A stretch of DNA of 61,651 nucleotides, the filler included. It is 4 parts of 4 records of this genome, joined end to end, with 100 filler letters (N's around TTAATTAATTAA, not from the genome) between each part and the next. Parts side by side here need not be neighbours in the genome. Positions count along the whole stretch, not along the records: positions 45,640 to 50,920 come from SRR2962707_2023; positions 51,021 to 61,651 come from SRR2962707_2036; 2 more parts are not named here. One strand, given 5' to 3'. The translations under genes were made by a program, and so were the position numbers. Every line of letters starts with the position of its first letter. The first letter of the stretch is position 1. The notes under the pieces are model-generated. The model searched no databases, was not told the DNA's origin, and saw only the letters and a program-made list of their open reading frames with translations. Positions 46,557-56,621 of this stretch are shown piece after piece.

Positions 46557-48479
46557 ATGAAATCAGATTTCCTTCGACTTTATGAGACGAATGTCGCAAC
46601 AAAGCTCATTGCCCCTGAGCTGCGCATGTTGCAGCTCATTGCGTTGAGTGTGATCATGGTGTACTGGGTCGTCCGGCTTTTGACGCTCCACGAACTGTTT
46701 GTCATCGAAGCAGCGTCTGGTAGCTACACGGTGTGGTTGACGGAGCCCGAGGAGTTTGTCTCGTCACAGTGCGAGGAACTTGCTGAAAGCTCTGTCGTTC
46801 CGGCACTCGGGGCATGCCTCTACCCTGACTTGCTGTCCGACGAGGACTTGGAGACCTGCACAGCCATGGCTCTTCTTGGAGCCCCTTTCATTGGCGCAGC
46901 CGAGGACTGTCAGGAATTTGATCCTTTATTGCACGCAAAGGTTAGCCACGAGGAGATTTTTGTTACCACAAATTTGGGTGTTTCGCAGTTCGAGTGCGAT
47001 GCCTCCAACGCCGCGACTTGCAGTCGAACCGCTTCAAATCCTAACTATCCCGCACTGCGGTCTCCAGCGCTCGATCCGAACGCGACGTGGACGCTGGTCG
47101 CTGGTACTGGAGCTGCACGCGTGAACTTGTTTTACTCGTTTGCGAGCGTGTCCTTGAATGCCGGGTACATGCGCGGTGTGGAACCACGGTTTGAAACTGT
47201 GGACGGCGAGTTCATCGAGTTCCGGGATTTTGTACAGCCGGATGCCGTTGACCATTTTGAGACGTATGGTGTTGTGTCGCTCACTCTGGATGAGTTGCGT
47301 TTCCTTGCCAATGTTAGCATGGATGATGTTCTATTCAACACAACGGTCGGAGAAGTCCCGCACCGTCAAATGGGCGCCAACCTTCGCATTGACGTGCATG
47401 CCACCAACATGCTGCTGTGGAATGTGGGGGAGAACAAGCAGGTCACGATTCGGGTGTCCCGTCACGATCGCCAGTCAGGGTTTTTGCATCCAGAAGTGCG
47501 TTGGGATGATGCAGCCATGCGTTCAGGAGAGCTCATCATGAACTATGGGACGCGTATTCAAGCGGCTGTTGGCGGCGACTTTTACGTCTTCGATCCTGGC
47601 TTCCGGGTGCTAGTCATTGTCATGGCCACGGACGTCATGATCCAACTGGCTACTGTCATCGTGGACATCATTGCCATGGCGCTGTGCACGGCACAATTCA
47701 AGAAACGTTTCTTGAGGCTGAAGTACTATAAGGCCCCTTCGTATAGCGAGCTCACTGCAACTCCACGAGCAGGTGGGCGGTCGCCGCAAAATCTGAAGAG
47801 AATTCTCGTGACCCCGCGGTCTGTTGGTGGTGCTGACCGCGACGATGACGATGACTGTCTCGGTGCCCTTAGTCGACGACGCGCTGAGAGCAAAGAAGAA
47901 CCGTCAGATGGAGCTATCGCCATTGCATTGTCGGCTTCTGGGGCGGCAGCTGCAAGTGCCACCAAAGTTGCTGTGTTGGAACGTCGCCTCCTTGGAATGC
48001 AAAGCGCTATGAAGACTGCATTTGAGCGCTTGGAAGCTCGCATGATCATCCATGCAGGAGGAATCGGTCCCACTGAATCCGCCAGCCTTGCATCTGCATC
48101 GGGGCGAACATCTCGTCGACAGGCCAACAGACCCTCTGCAGGGCATCGTGAAAGGCTTCGCCCTGAGCCACTTGACTGGTCGCAGGCAATAGACAGCAAG
48201 ACAGATCCAGATTCTCGTGCCGAGGACGGGTCCGTAGCAAATCAAGATGAATCGGCATCGACCCCACGGCAGGAACAGCACTCCGTGAAACAGCGCCCGC
48301 CGGGCCTCCCCAGTCCTGCTAGCAGTTCAAGCGGCATCAGCGGCAGTGGTGGAGGTGGTGCTGAAGTTGCTCCGGTAGACTCGCGTGGTCATCGACGCAT
48401 TCAACGCCTGCGGCAACACCCGGTCAAACCCAAAGCTCAACTCCGCTCGCCACGCGAAAGTAGCCGCGCAATATTGTGA
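46557..48479 (+). CDS. Divergent P2X receptor-like two-TM cation channel (eukaryotic, no introns needed)
   Basis: N-terminal YET, TM1 (LQLIALSVIMVYWV), ectodomain LDELRFLANVSMDD...RQMGANLRIDVHATN, YGTRI..V.G..F, TM2 LATVIVDII, FLRLKY; long disordered tail. Confidence 0.75.
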   Translation: MKSDFLRLYETNVATKLIAPELRMLQLIALSVIMVYWVVRLLTLHELFVIEAASGSYTVWLTEPEEFVSSQCEELAESSVVPALGACLYPDLLSDEDLETCTAMALLGAPFIGAAEDCQEFDPLLHAKVSHEEIFVTTNLGVSQFECDASNAATCSRTASNPNYPALRSPALDPNATWTLVAGTGAARVNLFYSFASVSLNAGYMRGVEPRFETVDGEFIEFRDFVQPDAVDHFETYGVVSLTLDELRFLANVSMDDVLFNTTVGEVPHRQMGANLRIDVHATNMLLWNVGENKQVTIRVSRHDRQSGFLHPEVRWDDAAMRSGELIMNYGTRIQAAVGGDFYVFDPGFRVLVIVMATDVMIQLATVIVDIIAMALCTAQFKKRFLRLKYYKAPSYSELTATPRAGGRSPQNLKRILVTPRSVGGADRDDDDDCLGALSRRRAESKEEPSDGAIAIALSASGAAAASATKVAVLERRLLGMQSAMKTAFERLEARMIIHAGGIGPTESASLASASGRTSRRQANRPSAGHRERLRPEPLDWSQAIDSKTDPDSRAEDGSVANQDESASTPRQEQHSVKQRPPGLPSPASSSSGISGSGGGGAEVAPVDSRGHRRIQRLRQHPVKPKAQLRSPRESSRAIL

Positions 48480-48967
48480 ACCCTCTGCCAAGCTCCTGGT
48501 CTCGGTACAATGAGTCGTTCGACTTGTAGACCTTGATAGTATCCCAAACTGGATATTTGTCCATGATTTTTATTAATTAGCAACCTCCATCTCACCTCTT
48601 GAACGCCCCATTCCCCTCTGCCAACCCGCGAGTTTTCAAAACGTGAAAAGAAGATTGTGACAATAAATCACAACACGCCACCTCGAAGTGACGCAGTGCC
48701 GGGCTTGGTCTCTCTATCGCGCGCGTGTTTCAAACGTATGGCGTCAGTTCCTTGAAGGCCCCCAACGAACTGCGCGCGCTTCGTGAGCGAGAGACACGAC
48801 GCGCTGCTGTCGGCGACGATCTGCAGCTAGAATATTGGGTGGGTTCCCCATGCTGTCGAAAAAAGAATGAGCTCAGCGTTTTCTCCATGCCGTCGCGGGA
48901 AAATAAGCAAGCGCATGGGTTATCAAATGCGTATACGTTTGGTCACAAATTACTCAACTACCAAAAA

Positions 48968-50893
48968 TCAAAGACAGAGGCGCTTCCGCCGACTGCCTCC
49001 GACAGGTTTGAGCTTCTTTTTCTTCGCTGCACCTTTACCACCCTCTCGAGCGGCTGCAGCAGCCTCGAACGGATTTGTTGCGCTGTCTGCAGCTTCATTA
49101 GCGTCCCCATCCACTGGCAGTACCCCAGTCAAGTACATGTTTTTGGCGGCACTTTTCTTTCCGCTGCCCGCCGCGTCGTCGCCTTCTGCGTTAGCTGCTT
49201 TCGAAGGGTCGTCAAAAAAATCCTCCCCTGTAGGGCATTGCGCCAGCCCGCACCGGCTGGTCAGGTCCCACTTCAATCACTATTCCAAGCGCAAGCAAAA
49301 GTTCACATCGCAATGCATTGAAGAAATAGATATAAGAAATAGATATACCTGCGGCAGCAGCAAGACGCTGCGCCTGCAGAGCAAGAATGGTCTCTTTTTC
49401 TTCTTTCTCTATCCGTCGACGCTCCGCTTTTTCAGCCTGAATCGAAACCCAACACAGCGTTCATCGACGCCCGGCGCAGTACGAAATAGACGAAAAAGGC
49501 TTGATGCACGAGGCCCAAACGAGTGCTGACCTCTTTTTTCGCAGCAATAGCCTCCGCAGCTTTTCTTTTTATTTCCTTCTCTTTCCACACTCGCCGCATT
49601 GTCTTGTTTGGAGGGAAACAGCAGCGGGTGTTGTGATGTTCTCATAAACGCTCAAACGTTGAATGACCAGAGTGAACACCGCGAGTTTAGACAAGCGTGA
49701 ATGACGCACCAGTACTTCTTCATGGCTCAGAATCGTCGACTTGGTGCTGGCATGAATGATGTGATGCAAAAGGTGAGCGGGAATAAACCCATCCAGATTC
49801 CCAGGGCTCAGCACCAACTTTAGCCACCATCAAAACAATCCAACAACACACCAACAACAGCAAAACACCAGTAAACTTCCACTACACATTTCGCTGGGAA
49901 GCACCATTCAGCACAAGAAGCTTTGGCACGCTGTCTTCGAACCTCATTGTCTTCCTTTGTGTCGCCTGTACTCTCAAAGAAACGAATTCCATGCGCAGCA
50001 GCCTCCCGCACATCGACAAAGACCAAAACATTCGGGCCCTTCGTGTGGCCGGGAAGGCACTTCCTGCGCTCTGGCGGCTGTCGAAAGAAGTGGATGTAGG
50101 CTTTGTCCATGCGCGAAAGCCCAACATCGCGGATTTTGTTTATGTGTTGGAAGTGAGTGGCATGCACCACCGTGCCTCCATTTGAATCTATCAGCTCAAG
50201 GTCCGCTTCATTTAACTCTCGCACCGGCAAACATTCATCGACCTTGGGCACATGTGTATGTCGGGAACGGAGGAACAACTCCCCATCTGCGCCACGCTCC
50301 ACCTCCAGGCGCTGCTGTGGATCCAGCCGGGCTGCATTCAAATACTTGATAGGTTCATAGTGGTAGTTTTTGAGCGCCCCACTGTGCAATTCCAAGAGTT
50401 TCGAGAGCGGAACAAAGTCGTCCGGCCGTGCGATGCTGCGCGTCTCCCGCTTCCCGAGCACGAAAAGGTATGCGCGAATTCCTGCTTCGTCAATGCCCAC
50501 AAGCTCCGCTTCGGACAGAAAATGGATTTCAGAGAGGAACCACGAGTCCGGTGACTTGCCAAAAGAGATAACGTCGCGCTTTTTCACGTTCACGGTCACA
50601 TCCGGCGGGAGTTTCTTCCTGTTCAAGTACACCCCGAAAGAAGACTTGTTGTCCCGGATTGTAACGCAGCGCTTGTCCTGGCGCACCGTCACGACCGCGT
50701 GGCGTCGCGATGCAGTCTCATGGGTCAGCACCCACGAGCACAAGTCTGTGTCCCTCCCTACAAGGTGCTTCTTTGCGTTGCCGTTGCCACGCAGCACCAC
50801 TGAAGTTTCCTCAGCCTGCTGCGCGCCACCAGCGCCCTCCTGAACAGACGCGACGACAGACTCTCGCTTGGTGAACTTCACAAAGTCAGACAT
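48968..50893 (-). CDS. Spliced gene: FHA domain + Tpt1/KptA (RNA 2'-phosphotransferase)-like domain + charged tail
   Basis: Hand-spliced exons 50893-49943, 49817-49716, 49602-49531, 49436-49349, 49227-48968, all GT-AG and phase-consistent. FHA: VGR, SRRHA, D..S..G..LN. Tpt1-like: QQRL, VHAT, GLSRM, IHF, GIRF, LVLSPGN.DGFIP. May be 5'-truncated. Confidence 0.8.
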
Positions 50894-50920
50894 TCTCCTA
50901 ATGAACAGCCTAGAAGTATC

Positions 50921-51020
50921 NNNNNNNNNNNNNNNNNNNNNNNNNNNNNNNNNNNNNNNNNNNNTTAATTAATTAANNNNNNNNNNNNNNNNNNNNNNNN
51001 NNNNNNNNNNNNNNNNNNNN
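50921..51020. other. Artificial contig-joining spacer
   Basis: 44 N + TTAATTAATTAA + 44 N. Confidence 0.98.
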
Positions 51021-51024
51021 GAGA

Positions 51025-51049
51025 CTCTCTCTCTCTCTCGAGACTCTCT
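51025..51049. repeat. (CT)n microsatellite at the contig start
   Basis: ctctctctctctctc-gaga-ctctctc. Confidence 0.7.
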
Positions 51050-51414
51050 CAGCTTTTCGTTATTTGCACTTTGCCCTTGCTTCTTTGTTCGTTTTTTTTG
51101 TTTTCTTCCTTTCTTTTCTGTTTTCCTTCTTGTCGCCTTGGTTCTCGCTCCTTGGTTCTTGTGCTGCTGGGTTCTCGCTCCTCGTCTGCTGCTGACAAAC
51201 GAACGACTTCGTTTCGTGCGCGTGGCTCCCCGCACTCACTGTCACTTGCCGCAAGAGGACGCGAGACAGAGAGAACCAAAAAGAGAGCAGAGAGTTGGTT
51301 CGCGAGGTCGCTCAGAGTGTTGGTGCTCCTCCGTTCAATCGAAAGTGAACTACTCAGCGCAAAACAGCAGCAGCAGCAGTACCGCCACCAGTACCAGTAC
51401 CACCACCCAGCAAC

Positions 51415-54400
51415 ATGTCGGACGAGAAGCCCAAGAAGAAGACCATGAAGGTCAAGACTACGAAAGCGACCAAGAAGAGCGACGACGGGAGCTCGCCGAA
51501 GAAGTCGCCGAAGAAGAAGAGCACGAAGACCCCTAAGGCGCGTGGTGTGAAGCTGCGCCCTGCGCCGCTCGTGATGCTTCTTCTGCATTCAAGAATTACC
51601 AACGTCATTTACGGCGCGCTGTATTGCTTGCCACTCCCCCTGCATTTTCACGCTCTTGTGCATTTCATCATCCATTGACCGTCACTTTGTGGGCTGCTGC
51701 CTGTGTTGGTCCCAACTTGCTTGCTTGCGTGGTTGCTTGCTGGCAGACGACGAAAGATGGAGAGACGCCGAAGCTGAAGAAAAAGGTGCGCAAGTCGGAC
51801 CCGGACGCTGCCACGCCACGCACGGGCAGCAAGAAGAAGACGACCTCCAAAGCCAAGTCCACGACTGCAAAGTCGACCAAGGCCAAGTCCACCAAGTCCG
51901 CCGGCGATTCGAAAAAGTCTGCGAGCAAGACTAAAAAGAAAACCAAAGAGTCGTCCAAGGATGGTGCAGCGTCTCCCAAGAAGACGAAAAAGAAGAAGAA
52001 GGATGCGGCGGAGGCTGCCCCGGTCCCTGAAATCCCCAAGGTCGACCCTGCCGTCCAGCGCAAAGCGATCGAGACAGAGATCAAGCGGATTCGGGAGGAC
52101 CTGGCCAAGCAAAAGCGGCTCACGGCCCGCGGTGAGCAGGAGCTTGAAAGTCTGAAGCGCAACTTTTGCATCAAAAAGGCCATGCAGTCGCACATCAACG
52201 ACGCCACTCTGCGCGAGCATGACGAACTCATTGAGGACATGATTGACACCCTTTACGAGTCCGTGAACTTTGCAATCTGCCGCTTTGAAGCCGTGCACTC
52301 CACCCTCTGATGTCGAGCGACTGACATCCGTTGTGCGGCGAACCGCTTTTGTCGGCTTTTGGTTGCGTAGGTACGAGGAGCACATCGAGCAGTTTGAGGT
52401 GCTCGCTGAGTCTTTCGCTGAGAATTTTGAGGATGCCAAGGCTGACTTGGGTTTCGACTTGGAGGCGCAAGGCAAACTTTATGCAGAGCAGGCGCAAATG
52501 CTGCAGGAGTTCGCTGACGACATCACTGAGAGCAAGGAGAAGTAAGTGTTTCTGTGGAATGGTTGCATTTCCTTCTAGCTTTGCACGTGCCTCTCCGCCG
52601 TACCCGACGTCGTGACCGTTCGAGTGTTGAGGTGGCTTGCTGCATTGCTGACCACGCCGTGCCGCGCGCGTTTTGGCCGTCGCCTGTCTCAGATACACGG
52701 AAGAAATTGAAGAAGCACGCAAGCTTCAGAAAAAGCTTGTACGTGAAAACGAGGGTCTCCAAGCGCTTTTGTCGGACGTGCAGTCGTCCCTTGATGGTGG
52801 TGAGGGACTCAACCAACGCCTGTTCGATGAAAACCGCCAACTTGAGAAGGAGGTTTGTGTGACCTACGCATGATTGTGCCACTGGAGTCCCTTGAGGTCG
52901 ATTTTTGTTGGCACTCACCGAACCTGGCCTGTTTGTGGTTTTTGTGGTGCGCAGATCACCGAGCTCCAGGCTCTGTTGGAGCAAGCTGCGGCAACTTTGA
53001 AAAACAAATCACCTGCCAAGACCAAGAAGGAGGCTGCTCAAGCAAAAGTGAGCCGTGCCTCCTTCGCTATGTCCGCCATGGTCTTGCCTCCGTGTTGCAA
53101 GTACCGATCGAGATAACCATGCTCATCACTGTTTCCCCTGCGTTCAATGCGCACTCAGGCAATTCAAACCCTCCAATCAGACAACACTCGATTGATGAAC
53201 GACATCTCGAAGCTGAAGGAGAAAATGGTGGAGGCTGTTGCGAAGCAAGAAGAGGCACAGGCTGCTTACGAAGCGGCTGGCGGCGGTTCGAAAGAGGACG
53301 AGGTCAGCTGTCAGATCTACGCGCGACCTTGATTTCTTCGTTGTAAGTCCGAGTCATTGTGCCCCACAAATGTACCGGATTTTTTCATGTTTCTGGTGTG
53401 GCAGGAGGAGATGCACCGCATGAAGCAGATGAAGAACGAGGTGAAGGAGCTGCAGAAGATGATGAAGGATGTCGACAAAAAGCTCGCAAAGGCAAAGATC
53501 CCCAAACGCAAATCCGAAGTTGCCGAGATGAAGGAATTGGAAGCACGCGGCAAGAAGCTGACGGTTCGATACCTTCAAGCTTCTCGAGGCTTACCTACCT
53601 GTATTCTGCGCTGTTACCAGTTTTTTTTGTGGCTGTCCATCAATCACACCAACCGCGTCTTTCGTTGCCAGGCTGAGCTGAAGAAGGCACGCGCAGAGAA
53701 GAAAACGCTCGCAGTCCCGCAAAAACTGCCTGATCCATCAGAACAGGCAGAGCCCGACCCCGCAAAGATTGCCGAGCTTGAGCGCGAGGCAGCCGAGTTG
53801 GAAAGTGCCGTTGCAGCTGCAAAGGCTGAGGCTGAGGAAATGGCGTCAGCTGCTGAAGCTGAGACAACACCCGGCGACGGGTGCGTCAACACTTCTTTTT
53901 TTGAACGGGACCCATGTGTGCTGTGTTGCAAGTGCTAAACTGCCGTTTCCTGAACCCACCCTCAACCGGTCTGGCGTGTGTGTGAACGGCAGGCCTACCA
54001 TGCAAGATCTGCGCAACTTGGCAGAAGAGATTCAGGCCGGAGATGCGGAGGTTGAGGAAAAGAAGAAGCAAATCAAGCGCATTGAAAAAGAGATGGTTCG
54101 TTTTGCATGTGCCTCCGCGCCCCAGCTCTGGGTCCTTCCACGATGACTACTGGAGGGTGATGGTGGAGAGTAAATCGGGCCGATTCCCTTTGCTCAATTT
54201 GCCGTTTCCGCCATTGGATGCTGTTTGCGCAGGCCGAGTCGAAGGCCGAAGGTGGAAGCATCGACGACAAGCTCAAGAAAATCAGAAAAGCCATCAAAGC
54301 AGTTCAAAAGGACCTGGCTGGCGTGGAAAAAGAGGCCCAAAAGCAAGAGGCGCGCAACCAAGACAAACTCAAAAAGGCCCGCAAAAAGTACGGCGGGGTT

Positions 54401-56436
54401 GGCAAGGTAAATATCGCATGGCAACTGCTCTGCGTTGGCTTTTGTTGATGACCAAACGTCTCGAGAAACGCTGACACGATGTGTTGTTGCGCTCGCCAGA
54501 CTGCCAAGCGCGTTTCGGATGCTTTCAAAAAGCTTTCTCAGTCAACACGTGCGCTGGCTGGCGATGTTCGCGAGATTTTCGAGAACAACCTTCCCTTCAT
54601 CACCAAGAAGATGGAGCGGCTTGTGCACTTGGTCAATACCAGTGGTGAAGACAGCAACAAAGCCATCGCAAAGTACAACAAAGAGTTCATGCTTCGCAAG
54701 GTGCGTGCTTTCGTCACGTCTTGGCTCGGTGCCATAGCTCTGTGGGCGGATCTACGCGCTTTGTTTCACCGTCGAGTTCAGTTCATTGTCGACAAGCCGC
54801 CCGTTGGTGCCCACAACCCCACAAGCTTTGCGTTGACCTGATTTATTGATTGTGCAGGGCTTCCACAACAAGCTTCAGGAGCTTCGTGGCAACATTCGAG
54901 TCTTTGCGCGATGCCGTCCCATTTTGCCTTTCGAGAAAAAGCGCGGCGCCACTGTGTACGTGAGCTCAGTTTCCATCGATGTTCGCTGCTTCTGACTGTA
55001 ATGTTCTTGTCAAGGCTCATTATGTCTGGGCCGTGCACGACCTGAATGCAGTTGCGTGGAGTTCCCGATGCCGGACACCCTCCAGGTTCGCGACGAGAAG
55101 CGCAACACTACCAATACGTGGGAGTTCGACAAGGTATTCAAGCCCGGCTCTGAGAACATGGATGTATTCAAAGAGATCTCCCCACTTGTCACGTCGATCT
55201 TGGATGGCTACAACGTCTGCATTTTCGCGTACGTCGGCCTTGTGCGCACTTGTGCGCATGCTGGAGTGGTTCTGCGCGCAGCCAATTTGGCACAACTCAC
55301 ATGGCATTGTCTGATCGATTTTTCTGTCACAAACTTCCAGGTACGGGCAGACTGGAGCTGGCAAGACCTATACCATGGAGGGTAAAGGAGAAGACAAAGG
55401 TTTGAATTGGCGCACTCTTGACACCCTCTTCGCACTTAAGGAAAAGCGCGCAAAGCAGGTACGCACGCCTCGACAATTACACATGTGACTGGACTGTAAC
55501 TCAAGTCTTTCGCCTCATCTGACGCCTTTGTGCACTGGACTTCTGCGCCAGTTCAAAATTGACATTCTCATGTCGTTCCTTGAGATTTACAACGAAGAGA
55601 TCAAGGACTTACTCAATGCAAAGAAGAAGGGTGGCGCCAAGCTGAAAGTAAAGATGCTGAAGGGAGGCGGCAACGAAATCCCTGGTCTGGTGCAGAAGCC
55701 GGTCAACACCGTGGCCGATCTGGATGCATACGTCGAGGAAGGCAAGAAACGCAGAACCTGCAAAAAGACTAAGATGAACGATTCATCCTCGCGCTCCCAC
55801 GCCGTGCTCTCTATTTATTGCACGTGCCTCAACAAGGTCGGCAGCACAGCTGATTTGTAGCGTACTTTTGTTCAAGATGGAGTCGTTCGTGATGCTCACA
55901 TGCCTTTACGCTGGTACATTGGGTCTTATGCGGCACAGATGTCCAAGAAAGTAATGAATGGAAAGCTTCACTTGATCGACCTTGCTGGTTCCGAGCGCCT
56001 GGACAAGAGTGGTGCGACTGGCCAAGCTCTCAAGGAGGTGCGTTGGCCCTGTCTTTCCGAATTTCGTTTGCCGTTGTTCAATTGTGTCGGCCCCGCAAGG
56101 TGCCATTGTGCGCGGGGTTCCGATTGCACTCATAGATTCCACTTCGTGGCGGTGCGTGGGCAGGCCATTCATATCAACAAGTCGCTGTCTGCCTTGGGCG
56201 ACGTCATTGCTGCTCGAGCCAACAAGTCCGGCCATTGCCCGTACCGAAACAGTGCCCTAACGCACGTGCTGGAGGACTCTCTCGCTGGCGATTCGAAAAC
56301 GTTGATGCTTTCGCAAATTTCCCCGGCTACCGACAATGCACAAGAAAGTGCATGCACTTTGCGCTTCGCTTCACGTGTGCGCAAGGTGGAGCTTGGCCGT
56401 GCCTCAGCTCATGGTGAGGGCGGAGGGGAGAAGTGA
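51415..56436 (+). CDS. Kinesin-14 (C-terminal motor, KIFC/Ncd/Kar3-like), 17 exons
   Basis: Exons 51415-51537 (or 51546), 51747-52258, 52371-52541, 52693-52852, 52955-53047, 53159-53302, 53405-53563, 53672-53880, 53993-54095, 54233-54406, 54500-54700, 54858-54955, 55052-55228, 55341-55458, 55552-55836, 55939-56037, 56164-56436. Lys-rich tail, coiled coil, neck [42 protein letters not shown]. Confidence 0.93.
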
Positions 56437-56621
56437 TGTACGCTTACCCGATGATGCCGAGCCCTCGCGTTGTGGCTCTTCGCCATAAACTGGGTGGCGA
56501 GATGAGTAGTAGAGCCATGGCATTTTAATTTTAACTACTTGAACGAAAAAAATGAAATCCTTGTTTTCTTTCTGTACCCAGTGCGGTGAAAAGCGCGGCG
56601 AAAAGCGTTTTTGCCGCCGTA

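Noticed and set aside
45427-46557. Bacteria-to-eukaryote horizontal transfer junction
   Set aside because: The two sides are separated by an artificial spacer
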